DNA of 64,000 nt from Squalus acanthias (Eukaryota), in contig CM059433.1 in NCBI GenBank assembly GCA_030390025.1, forward strand, positions 5,704,001 through 5,768,000, given 5' to 3'. The translations under genes were made by a program, and so were the position numbers. The notes beneath the pieces were generated by a model, which saw nothing but the letters and a program-made list of their open reading frames with translations, had not been told where the DNA came from and ran no database searches. Shown here piece after piece: positions 11,091-22,779 of this stretch (position 1 is its first letter; every line of letters begins with the position of its first letter).

Positions 11091-11659
11091 AGTGTTTGCA
11101 GCACTTCAATGCTGTAGAACACTGAAAGCACAAATGTCAAAGTAAATGTTGTTATAAAACACATTTTGTTGTGCACTTGAGTAGTAACAAATTCAGTCTT
11201 CTGGTTATAATCATTTTATTCTTTAACTTCAGTATTAAAAGCAATTTACAACCTGAGTATTGTCACAGATAAGTGTGCGAACCTAGGCATGGGTCCTGTC
11301 TCGTACTGCTTAAACAAATGAAAAAGCTTATATTTATACACTGTTTTCTTATCAAACTGGAACTGGCATTGCCTAATATGGTAGTCTCTGGCTACAGCAT
11401 AGTCCAGAGATACAAGGCTACATTTTCTTCAACATGCTGTGGTAAGCCTAACCCTTCTAGTTTCTAGACATTCTTACCATAAATAAACATATCCAAGGCT
11501 GGTTGGTTGCGAACACCAGCAGTTGCTAAGTGAAATCTGTATCTCTCTCTCACTCTATCTCTCTCTCTAATGATGCCATCCACCTTTTTTTCCTATATTC
11601 AATGAACTAAACATGAACACCTTTCAGAAGCTGAATTAACCGAGTTCCATATGCCAACA

Positions 11660-12450
11660 CTTTGTATCTCACTCATGCTGTACCTGCCTTGGGAGTGTTT
11701 GATGGGATAGTGTAGAGGGCGCTTTCCTCTGTATCTAACCGTGTTGCAGCTGGCCTGGGAGTGTTTGATAGGACAGTGTAGTGGGAGCTTTACTCTGTAT
11801 CTACTCATGCTGTACCTGCCCTAGGAATGTTTGATGGGATAGTGTAAAGAAAGACTTGCATTTACATAGCGCCTTTCACGACCACCGGACATCTCAAAGC
11901 TCTTTACAGCCAATGAAGTACTTTTGAAGTGGAGTCACTGTTGTAATGTGGGAAACGCGGCACAGCAAGCTCCCACAAACAGCAATGTAAAAATGACCAG
12001 ATAATCTGTTTTTGTTACGTTGGTTGAGGGAGAAATATTGGCCACGACACCGGGGATAACTCCCCTACTCTTATTCAAAACAGTGCCATGGGATCTTTTA
12101 CGTCCACCGGAGAGCAGACAGGGCCTCGGTTTAACGTCTCACCTGAAAGACTGCACCTCCGACAGTGCAGCACTCCCTCAGTACTGCACTGGAGTGTCAA
12201 CCTAGCTTTATGTGCGCAAGTTCCTGGGGTGGGACTTGAACCCACAACCTTCTAACTCAGAGGCGAGTGTGCTACCAACTGAGCCACAGCTGACACTGTA
12301 GGGGAGCTTTACTCTGTATCTAACCCGTGCTGTAGCTGGCCTTGGAGTGTTTGAAGGGACAGTGTAGAGGGAGCTTTACTCTGTATCTAACCCATGCTGT
12401 ACCAGGCCTGGGAGTGTTTGATGGGCTAGTACAGAGGGTGCTTTACCCCA
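11660..12450. repeat. ~65-bp minisatellite (ctttactctgtatctaacccgtgctgtacctgccctgggagtgtttgatgggacagtgtagagggag), split by a SINE; copy at 14456-15247
   Basis: About five diverged units seen directly. Confidence 0.9.
11847..12296 (-). mobile_element. Full-length tRNA-derived Deu-domain SINE (SacSINE1-like); second copy at 14643-15093
   Basis: A box TGGCTCAGTTGG and B box GGGTTCAAGTCCC. Deu-like core CTGTCGGAGGTGCAGTCTTTCAGGTGAGACGTTAAACCGAGGCCCTG. Tail (TCTT)n. TGTA is duplicated at the flanks. Confidence 0.9.
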
Positions 12451-12802
12451 TTATTACCCATGATGCACCCTCCAATTAATGCTCCGATGGTCCCTCTCTT
12501 TGATACCCTGAAGATCCCTCCACTTATTGCTTCTGACACTATTCCTGTTACAGGGAATAGACTTGTTTCGGAGCACAAAGGAGGTTGTGATATCCTTGCC
12601 TCATCCCAAACACCATTTCCACAAACTGCCTCTCTGTTTGTTTCCTGGCTCCTTTGTGATGTCACCTGGAGACAGGTTTACGCCCCTGGTTACACAGCAT
12701 CAGTGGGAGTCACTGTGGGAGGAGCTGGACTTAGCAGCTGACACTGAGTGAGTTTAGTCCCTATAAATTTAATATTAAGGTAAGTAATTCAACCAAATGT
12801 CA

Positions 12803-12930
12803 TACAATCATAGTATGGTTACAGTACAGAAGGAGGCCATTCAGCCCATCGAGCCTGTCCCACTCCCTCGCCCTTTCCCCTAGCCTGCAAATTTTTTCTT
12901 TCAGATACTTATCCAATTCCCTTTTGAAAA
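12803..12930 (-). mobile_element. Short CR1-type 3' tail fragment; copy at 15600-15727
   Basis: gaaggaggccattcagcccatcgagcctg is the reverse complement of a CR1/HE1-type 3' UTR. It is absent from the paralogous site at ~18017 and flanked by CAT. Confidence 0.7.
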
Positions 12931-15813
12931 ACATTAATTACAAATATATTCACATTAAATATAATCATAGTAACAAAAATAGTCCAATTGTATTCCACTT
13001 AAATTCTAGAATTAATGGCCCAAAAATTAGTGTACTCTCGCGTATTCTGTCTCCAATTGCCGGTTTTCGATAGATTTTTGAATATTAAGGAAATCAAGGG
13101 ATATGGGGATAGTGCAGGAAAGTGGTGATGAGGTAGAAGATCAGCCATGATCTTATTGAATGGCGGAGCAAGCTGAAAGGGCCGAATTGCTTACTCCTGC
13201 TCCTATTTCTGATGTTCTTATGTTCTTATTCCTGTCACACTCATCACCATTGCGGGGGGTACCGTTATGTCTCACCATTCACTGCAACTCACTAAGCCAC
13301 TTCCAAAGGTGCGCACAAATCTGTCCAAGAACGAAAAGTGTTGAAAATAAAGATTTCAATGTTTGACGGCACATTAACAGAAACTTCACATGAACATTGG
13401 CTCAAACACACAAGTGCCTACCCTTGTGTGTTGTTAGTTAGTATGATTGGACTAGGATGAGGGTGAGTGTGAGGGGTGGCTAGTGAGATGGGGATGTGAT
13501 AATATAGATAGAGAGGGATGGGTGGAGTTGCAAGGTAAGTTGGTGTGCGTAAGGATGTGCAGGAGTTGGGTAGGGAAGGCAGAGTGATGGGGATGTAATG
13601 AGTGGCACAGCAGGATGAGGTTGAGTGTGGCTTTGCAGTAACGATTCGTGATCTACTGAGATCATTGAAAGGTTTGTGCCACTGCAGCCTGGTCCTCCTG
13701 ATGATGCTCCTGCTTGTGTCCTCCTGTGCAATGTGCAACCAGGCTGCGTTGGTCTCCTGGGGAGGTCTCTTCCGCCCATTGGAAGGGAAGAGAACCTCCC
13801 TGCGTGCTGTGACTCCCTCCATAAGCATATGGAGGGAGTCATGGAAGAGCCTGGGTGCAGCCGTGCACCTCTGTGCAGTGCTTGTCAGTGTTTGCAGCAC
13901 TTCAATGCTGTAGAACACTGAAAGCACAAATGTCAAAGTAAATGTTGTTATAAAACACATTTTGTTGTGCACTTGAGTAGTAACAAATTCAGTCTTCTGG
14001 TTATAATCATTTTATTCTTTAACTTCAGTATTAAAAGCAATTTACAACCTGAGTATTGTCACAGATAAGTGTGCGAACCTAGGCATGGGTCCTGTCTCGT
14101 ACTGCTTAAACAAATGAAAAAGCTTATATTTATACACTGTTTTCTTATCAAACTGGAACTGGCATTGCCTAATATGGTAGTCTCTGGCTACAGCATAGTC
14201 CAGAGATACAAGGCTACATTTTCTTCAACATGCTGTGGTAAGCCTAACCCTTCTAGTTTCTAGACATTCTTACCATAAATAAACATATCCAAGGCTGGTT
14301 GGTTGCGAACACCAGCAGTTGCTAAGTGAAATCTGTATCTCTCTCTCACTCTATCTCTCTCTCTAATGATGCCATCCACCTTTTTTTCCTATATTCAATG
14401 AACTAAACATGAACACCTTTCAGAAGCTGAATTAACCGAGTTCCATATGCCAACACTTTGTATCTCACTCATGCTGTACCTGCCTTGGGAGTGTTTGATG
14501 GGATAGTGTAGAGGGCGCTTTCCTCTGTATCTAACCGTGTTGCAGCTGGCCTGGGAGTGTTTGATAGGACAGTGTAGTGGGAGCTTTACTCTGTATCTAC
14601 TCATGCTGTACCTGCCCTAGGAATGTTTGATGGGATAGTGTAAAGAAAGACTTGCATTTACATAGCGCCTTTCATGACCACCGGACATCTCAAAGCTCTT
14701 TACAGCCAATGAAGTACTTTTGAAGTGGAGTCACTGTTGTAATGTGGGAAACGCGGCACAGCAAGCTCCCACAAACAGCAATGTAAAAATGACCAGATAA
14801 TCTGTTTTTGTTACGTTGGTTGAGGGAGAAATATTGGCCACGACACCGGGGATAACTCCCCTACTCTTATTCAAAACAGTGCCATGGGATCTTTTACGTC
14901 CACCGGAGAGCAGACAGGGCCTCGGTTTAACGTCTCACCTGAAAGACTGCACCTCCGACAGTGCAGCACTCCCTCAGTACTGCACTGGAGTGTCAACCTA
15001 GCTTTATGTGCGCAAGTTCCTGGAGTGGGACTGTGAACCCACAACCTTCTAACTCAGAGGCGAGTGTGCTACCAACTGAGCCACAGCTGACACTGTAGGG
15101 GAGCTTTACTCTGTATCTAACCCGTGCTGTAGCTGGCCTTGGAGTGTTTGAAGGGACAGTGTAGAGGGAGCTTTACTCTGTATCTAACCCATGCTGTACC
15201 AGGCCTGGGAGTGTTTGATGGGCTAGTACAGAGGGTGCTTTACCCCATTATTACCCATGATGCACCCTCCAATTAATGCTCCGATGGTCCCTCTCTTTGA
15301 TACCCTGAAGATCCCTCCACTTATTGCTTCTGACACTATTCCTGTTACAGGGAATAGACTTGTTTCGGAGCACAAAGGAGGTTGTGATATCCTTGCCTCA
15401 TCCCAAACACCATTTCCACAAACTGCCTCTCTGTTTGTTTCCTGGCTCCTTTGTGATGTCACCTGGAGACAGGTTTACGCCCCTGGTTACACAGCATCAG
15501 TGGGAGTCACTGTGGGAGGAGCTGGACTTAGCAGCTGACACTGAGTGAGTTTAGTCCCTATAAATTTAATATTAAGGTAAGTAATTCAACCAAATGTCAT
15601 ACAATCATAGTATGGTTACAGTACAGAAGGAGGCCATTCAGCCCATCGAGCCTGTCCCACTCCCTCGCCCTTTCCCCTAGCCTGCAAATTTTTTCTTTCA
15701 GATACTTATCCAATTCCCTTTTGAAAAACATTAATTACAAATATATTCACATTAAATATAATCATAGTAACAAAAATAGTCCAATTGTATTCCACTTAAA
15801 TTCTAGAATTAAT

Positions 15814-16555
15814 GGCCCAAAAATTAGTGTCTCTACGCGAGAGTACGCACTGTGTACTCTCGCGTATTCTGTCTCCAATTGCCGGTTTTCTGCATGCACT
15901 GCGCATGCGCTGAAAACCTGCACTTGGTGATTTCAAAAGGGGGCGGTTCCTAAGTGAACCGCGTGCACGCTACAGGCTGCGCGCACACAGTGCACTTAGT
16001 GCTTTGAACGCGCAGGTAAGCATGGAAGATTTTGCACATAAAGAAAGGAGGCGTAAGACCCTCTTTTAACAAGGTAAGTAGTTAATTAAGTATTATTTTG
16101 AATTTTTTTCAACAGGTATATCTTTTTTAGAGACTTTAAAGAAAGGTAAGTTTATTTTTATAAATTTTTAAAAGATTTTAAATTTTTTCAAAAATTTTAT
16201 TTTTTGTTTAAAGTGGTTAATTTATTTAACTATACTTATTTTATTAATGTGATGGTTTTTTTTTAATTTAATTGAGGTTTAGCTGTTCTTTTGAGGGGGT
16301 ATAGATTCATAGCTTTCACAGCACTTGCTGTGAAAACTATGAATGAAAGATGGTGTGCTGCCATTGGCTCTAACTGAATCACGTGATCCCACAGCTCGCA
16401 CGAATTAACTGCGCCTGTGGGATACGGAAGCACTGCACAGCTGCTGTCTAGAAAATCAAGTTCGTGCGAGCTCGGAATGAAAAGGCAGGCGCGCAGTGAG
16501 ATATCGCGAGGAAGCCTTACCCCCGCACGAAGGCTCCGTCTTTAATTTCTGGGCC
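15814..16555. mobile_element. Complete Harbinger-like MITE
   Basis: TIRs GGCCCAAAAATTA / TAATTTCTGGGCC. The paralogous empty site at ~18095-18115 aligns once the element plus 3 bp is removed. Subterminal 13-bp hairpin. Confidence 0.85.
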
Positions 16556-16570
16556 ATCATTCATTTTTAG

Positions 16571-16704
16571 ATTCGAAGATTCTTGGCATGAACAGTATCT
16601 CTGGAAGGTGGAGAGAGAGGAGTCGAATCATCGTCACACTTACTGGGACTGGAAAAGGTCGCTGGATTCACAGAGAAGATCTGGTGGGAACAAGAACCCC
16701 AGAG
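16571..16704 (+). other. Candidate exon (paralog at ~18115-18340); candidate upstream donors at 12780, 15577 and 17995; candidate downstream exon 19063-19160
   Basis: tcatttttAG|ATT...CCAGAG|GTGAGA, with ATG at 16588 open to the donor. Upstream AAG|GTAAGT is retained in three copies. Downstream ttttatttcAG|CTC...AGAG|GTAGGA. Confidence 0.35.
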
Positions 16705-16829
16705 GTGAGAGTCTAACCAGCTGCTGGGAGCTGTCTGACAGCTGCCATAAGGCTCAGCCTTTGATGCAACAAGTTGACCTGAATTTAACTCGAATGTAAA
16801 GCTAGCCAATACCTCACCTGGGAGTGCTT

Positions 16830-17330
16830 GACACTTACATGTAGAGGAAGTTTTATTCTGTGTTCTTACAGTGCAGTACCTGAGCTGGTGTGCTTCATTG
16901 GATAGTTTCAGAGGAGCTGCACGTAGCAGTTAACACATGCTGGATCTGAGTTGGCTGTGTTTGGTGAACCAATTTAGAGAGAGCTTCACTCTGTATCTAA
17001 CCCGTGCTCAGCCTGCCCTGGGAGTGTTTCATGGGAAAGTGTAGATGGAGCATTACTCACTATATAACCACATGCTGTACCTGCTCTGGGAGTGTTTGAT
17101 GTGATAGTGTAGATGGAGCTTTCCTCTGTATCTAACTCATGCTGCACCTGCCCCTGGGAGTGTTTGATGGGATAGTGTAGATCAAGCTTTACTCTGTATC
17201 TAACCCATGCTCTGCCTGCCCAGGGAGTGTTTGATCAGACAGTGTAGAGGGAGCTATACTCTGTACCTAAACTGTGCTGTACCTGGCCTGGGAGTGTCTT
17301 ATGGGATAGTACAGAGGGAGCTTTACCCCA
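16830..17330. repeat. ~65-bp minisatellite block; further block at 18470-18770
   Basis: Same unit as 11660-12450, about seven diverged units. Confidence 0.9.
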
Positions 17331-18770
17331 TTATTGTCCATGATGCACCCTCCAAGTAATCCTTTGATGATCCCACCACTTGATACCCCTGAAGATCCCT
17401 CCACTTATTGCCTATGATGCCCTTCCTGTTACAGGGAATAGACTTGTTTCAGAGCACAAAGGAGGTTGTAATATCATTGCCCCATCCCAAACACCATTCC
17501 CACAAACTGCCTCACTCTGCCAAAGCAGGAGGGAGACAGACTGGCTGATATAAAGAGAAGGGAAACTTTCTGGTGTATAAAGCAAGAGGTAGACATGGGG
17601 GCCATTGAATAGTGGGACCTCACATTTGGAAGATGGGAGGGATAATTTATCAGTGGTAATTTTGGGAGTCTGTGCTCCCTGCTTGGAGTCTTTGTACATG
17701 GGATTGGGTTGGAGACGGGACTGATTGTAAAAATTGCGTTCATGCCCAGTGAGACTGCACACCAGGAGCACAGCCTCGTCATGTGACCCTGTAATACCTT
17801 GAATGGGAGGGGCTTGGGCTGCTTTTTGACATGTTTCCTGGCTCCTTTGTAATGTCACCTGGAGACGGGTTTATGCCCCTGGTTACACAGCATCAGTGGG
17901 AGTCACTGTGGGAGGAGCTGGACTTGGCAGCTGACACTGCCAGTGAGTTTAGTCCTTATAAATAGGGGAAATAATAGAACAATTTAATATTAAGGTAAGT
18001 AATTCAACCAAATGTCATTAATTACAAACATATTCAAAGTAAATATAATCATAGTCACAAAAATAGACCGAATGTATTCCAATTACAGATTCTAGAATTA
18101 ATATTAATTTTTATATTAAATGTTTCATGTAGTGAAGAGTATCTCAGGAGGGTGGGAGAGAGTGGAGCCGAACCATCATCACACTAACTGGGACTGGAGA
18201 AATGTCGCTGGATTCACAGAGCAGATCTGGTGGGACCAAGACCCTCAATGTCAAAGACGGGATGAAACAAGAAGCCCCAACAATGATTGTAAAGGTGAAG
18301 AACTTTACTGAGGATCCCATCAGTCCAGGATTTTGCCAAGGTGAGAGTCTAACCATCTACTGGGTGCTTCTTCGACAAATGCCATAAGGGACTGCCTTTG
18401 ATGCGACTAGTACAACAGAGCTCAACTTGTATGTAAAGCTAGCCCATACCTGGGACTGCTTGACACTTACATGTAGTGGGATTTTTATTCTAAGTTCATC
18501 CCATGCTGTACCTGAGCTGTTGTGCTTCATTGGGTAGTGTCAGAGGAGCTGTACGCTGAATTTAAAACATGCTGGATCTGAGTTGGCTGTGTGTGATCAA
18601 CCAATTTAGAGAGAGCTTTACACTTCATCTAAGTTGTACTGTACCTGGCCTGGGAGTGTTAGATGGTAATGTAAAGTGGGAGGCTTTACTCTGTATCTAA
18701 GCAGCGCTATACCAGGCCTGGGAGTGTTTAATGGGACACTGTAGAAGGAACTTTACTCTATATCTAACTG
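17310..18770. repeat. Older diverged tandem paralog of ~15225-17150
   Basis: Collinear blocks (gatccctccacttattgc...gggaatagacttgtttc...cagcatcagtgggagtcactgtggg...taaggtaagtaattcaacc...gtgagagtctaacca). It lacks the MITE and CR1 tail and retains ~310 bp (17515-17830) missing from the other copies. Confidence 0.9.
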
Positions 18771-20499
18771 AGACTGACTGATTGACTTTCTTTCATATAC
18801 CCAGCATGGGCTTGAACTCAGATACTTTCCGCATACTCACAGAGATCAGCGCGAGAGCACAAAACATCCCAAACACAGGAGCTGACCCTGAGATGGTGCG
18901 ACACGAACTCTGCAGCTACATTAGCAACCTTTAGAGATGAACCCCTGTCCGTGCCCATCCTACTTTATCATTTTCTTGTGGTTACAGTTGGAATATTGCA
19001 GGTGTGTGACGTCAAGCCTAAGGAATTTCCCACCTTTGACCTCTTTAATTATTTTATTTCAGCTCAGCTTTGAAGACCAGGACTGTCCTTCAGATGTCAC
19101 GCATTTCCTGACAGCGCAGTTCCAGCACTGGACATGTGACAAGAGAGTGACACCAAAGAGGTAGGACATGTGCAGCCACACTCATCAACATCCATCTTGC
19201 CCACACCAGTTGCTGTGCTGTGACAGATCGAGAAATGCTGGAGTTCCCCTGTGGAGGGAGGCAACGGCAGCTCTGCTGCAAAAGACAGTCAGTCACTCGA
19301 CACAAGAGATGGTGAAGGAAAGAATCAGAAAATGTAAAGCTTTGAGGAACTGGATTCTGAACAAAATGAGGTTCCTCAGATCATGGCGTATTCACCCCAG
19401 ATACATGTGTCAGAAATGTTTGTTGTCCACAATTAATCCTGAGTGCCTGCCGCTCAAGAGGAGTAACAGTCAATTCCAGATTAACACATATTGAGGCCTG
19501 TTACAAAGGTATTGGAAACCAAACAGGACAAAGACAAATAGCACTGAAGTATTGATCAATGGGAAGATCTGAATTATAGACAGATTAAATTTGATCCTGC
19601 AGGAAGGAAGGAAAAAAAAGAAGGAAGGAAGGTTCTAATCTGTAATAACCGGGACATTGAAGCACTAATGTGCTGTGCCATGGACTAAATAGGATCAACA
19701 TTTCCCACTTTCAGACACTTTCCCACTGCTGATTATGGAGTGGGTTGGCCCCATTAGCTGGGCTTACAGTGAATCTCACCATTTGTTTCTAACGTCCAAT
19801 GTGTTTAAATTCAGTTGATTGTTATGTTTCCTCTCCAGAGGCTGATGGTACAGAGCTGACCAACGTACAGACACTGGCCAACGCTGAATCAGAGGGGAAA
19901 TTTATAGAGATTATTTTCTCCTCTTTTACCTCACCCATAACTCTTTGGAGACACAAGTGGTAACTTCTGGCTCCCTTAGTCACCATTCCTGTTAATGTTG
20001 GGCCAGATTGGGGACACAAGGCCCTGTCCCTCTGAAGTACTTAGATGACATCTCCATAGCCATGGAAAGCTTCATCTGACTGATGTAGAATCCAGTCTCT
20101 GGCACTTCATGAGTGGGAGGAGGATCCGCTCTAATGGCACCAACACTGTCCTTGGGTAATTTTCTCCCATCAGCAGCAGAACATCCCTTTACCATCTCCT
20201 GCATCAAAAACTCGGGTTGACCTTACTGGTCTTCCTTTGATTCCTTTCCTTAGTTGGCAGACTTTCCTGCAGTCTATTTTTTGTAATTGTGAACCCAGGT
20301 GTAGGGCCCAGACCCAGTAGCAGCAGAGCATGATTGAGGCCAAAGGCAAATTTGTTGGAACAAATCTCTGGGACTTAGGAATAGAATGACTGTGGAGGCT
20401 AAAAAAGTAAATAGAAAAAGAGAACACGAGAACAGGAAAAGGTTAAAGCAAAATTAAGTTACAATTAAGAAAAACAAGAAACACAATATATAAAACACA

Positions 20500-22779
20500 A
20501 GTTTTTAATTTTAATTTATTCATTCTCGGGATGTGGGCATCACTCGCAAGGCCAGCATTTATTGCCCATCCCTAGTTGCCCTTGAGAAGGTGGTGGTGAG
20601 CCGCCTTCTTGAACCGCTGCAGTCCATGTTGTGAAGGGACTCCCATAGTGCTGTTAGGTAGGGAGTTCCAGAATTCTGTGAGACTTGGAGGGGAACTTGG
20701 TGGTAGTGGTGTTCCCATGGGCCTGCTGCCTTTGTCTTTTGAGGTGGTAGAGGTCGCAGATTTGGGAGGTGCTGTCGTGGAAGCCTTGGCAAGTTGCTGC
20801 AGTGCATCTTGTAGATTGAACACACTGCAACCATGGTGTGCCATGGTGGAGGCAGTAAATGTTTAAGGTGGTGGATGGGATGCCAATCAAGCAGGCTGCT
20901 TTGTCCTGGATGGTGTTGAGGTTTTTGAGTGTTGTTGGAGCTGCACTCATCCAGGGACATGGAGAATATTCCATCACACTCCTGACTTGTGCTTTGTAGA
21001 TAGTGGGAAGGTTTGGGGAGTCAGGAGGTGAGTCAATCGCCGCTAAGTACCCAGCGTCCGTCTAGTTCTTGCAGCCGCAGCATTTATGTGGCCAGTCTAG
21101 TTAAGTTTCTGGTCAATGGTGAACCCCAGGATTTTGATGGTGGGGGATTCAACGATGGTTATGCCATTGAACGTCATGGGGAGGTGGTTAGTCTCACTCT
21201 TGTTGGAGATGGTCATTGTCTGGCACTTTTGTGGCACAAATGTTACTTGCCACTTATCATCCCCAACCTGAATGTTGTCTGGGTTTGCTGCATGTGGACA
21301 CAGACTGCCTCATTATCTGACGCATTGCGAATGTAACTTGACACTGTGCAATCAGCAGCGAACATCCCCACTTCTGAAGGTCATTAATAAAGCAGTTGAA
21401 GATGTTGGGCCTAGGACACTGTCCTGAGTAACTGCTGCAGCGATGACCTGGGGCTGAGATGATTGGCCTCCAATAACCACAACCATCTTCCTTGTGCTAG
21501 ATATGACACCATCCAGTGGAGAGTTTTCCCCCGATCCCCATTGACTTCAGTTTTGCTAGGGCTCCTTGGTGCCACACTCGGTCAAATGCTGCCTTGATGT
21601 CGAGGACAGTCACTCTCACCTCACCTCTGGAATTCAGCTCTTTTGTCCATGTTTGGACCAAGGCTGTAATGAGGTCAGGAGCCAAGTGTTGGCCTTCATT
21701 GCAAGAGGATTTGAGCACAGGAGCAAGGATGTCTTACTACAGTTGTACAGGGCCTTGGTGAGACCACACCTGGAGTACAGTGTGCAGTTTTGGTCTCCTT
21801 ACCTAAGAAAGGATATACTTGCCATAGAGGGAGTGCAGCGAAGGTTCACCAGACTGATTCCTGGGATGACAGGATTGTCATATGAGGAGAGATTGGGTCG
21901 ACTAGGCCTGTATTCAATGGAGTTTAGAAGAATGAAAGGGGATCTCATTGAAACGTATAAAATTCTGACAGGGCTAGACAGACTGAATGCAGGGAGAATG
22001 TTTCCCCTGGCTGTGGGGTCTAGAACGAGGGGTCATAGTCTCAGGATACGGGGTAGTACATTTAGGACTGAGATGAAGAGAAATTTCTTCACTCAGAGGG
22101 TGGTGAACCTGTGGAATTCTCTACCACAGAAGGATATGGAGGCCAAGTCACTGAATATATTTAAGAAGGTGATAGATAGATTTCTAGACACAAAAGGCAT
22201 CGGGTATGGGGAGAGGCAGGAATATGGTATTGAGATAGAGGATCAGCCATGATCATATTGAATGGCGGAGCAGGCTCGAAGGGCCGAATGGCCTACTCCT
22301 GCTGCTATTTTTCTTTGTTTCTTTCTATGTTTCAAGTGGTCCTGGCGGAAACCAAACTGGGCATCGGTGACCAGGTTATTTGAGCGTAAGTGCCGCTTGA
22401 TAGCATTGTCAATGACAGCTTCCATCACTTTGCTAATGATGGAGAGATGGCTGATGGGGTGGTAACTGGCTGTTGGATTAGTCCAGCTTTTTCCGGACTG
22501 GCCATACCTGGCCAATTTACCACTTTGTCGGGTAGATTCCAGTATTGGAGCAGCTTGGCTAGAGGTGCAGATAGTTCTGGAGCACAGGTCTTCAGCTCTG
22601 CAGCCGGGATGTTGCCAGGGCCCATAGCCTTTGCTGTATCCAGTGCGCTCTACCGTTCTTGATATCACGTGGCGTGAAGCAAATTGGCTGAAGACTGGCT
22701 TCTGTGATGGTGGTGACCTCAGGAGCAGGCCGAGATGTATCGTCCACTTGGCACTTGTGGCTGAAGATGGTTGTGAAGG
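20500..22779 (-). mobile_element. 3' half of the single-ORF CR1-group LINE (same family as 1-2405), interrupted by a CR1
   Basis: APDLITALVQTWTKELNSRGEVRVTVLDIKAAFDRVWHQGALAKL, QFGFRQDH, MEYSP, WNSLPNS. The 3' UTR gggcaataaatgctggcc...gaatgaataaa is followed by an A-rich tail at ~20500-20520. Confidence 0.92.
21689..22332 (+). mobile_element. 5'-truncated CR1 with a 6-bp TSD
   Basis: CR1 RT C-terminal motifs. CAAGTG at 21683-21688 and 22333-22338. Confidence 0.95.

Larger units (their letters stand above)
9200..11180. mobile_element. Internally deleted PIF/Harbinger transposon relic with two convergent gene remnants, interrupted by a CR1
   Basis: A Myb/SANT-like remnant lies on the minus strand (10800-11090). 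A Q/H/P-rich ATG ORF at 9362 on the plus strand resembles a transposase N-terminus (inference). Termini were not found. Confidence 0.55.
10271..15890. repeat. Recent direct tandem duplication, period 2796-2797 bp (10271-13068 and 13067-15890)
   Basis: The ORF track repeats at +2796/+2797. By eye only a few substitutions, a 1-bp indel and a 25-bp indel separate the copies. The junction ggttttc|gatag has TC microhomology. Confidence 0.97.

Noticed and set aside
12225..12296. A/B boxes as a tRNA gene (also 2182-2405)
   Set aside because: They are retroposon heads continuous with SINE/LINE bodies; no full cloverleaf was seen.
11660..18770. ~65-bp repeats as a CRISPR array
   Set aside because: The units are contiguous and degenerate with no unique spacers, there are no cas genes, and the context is eukaryotic.
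19800..20430. Minus-strand ORF cluster after a good splice acceptor as a coding exon
   Set aside because: No frame stays open across the block and no domain was recognised; at most a non-coding or decayed exon.
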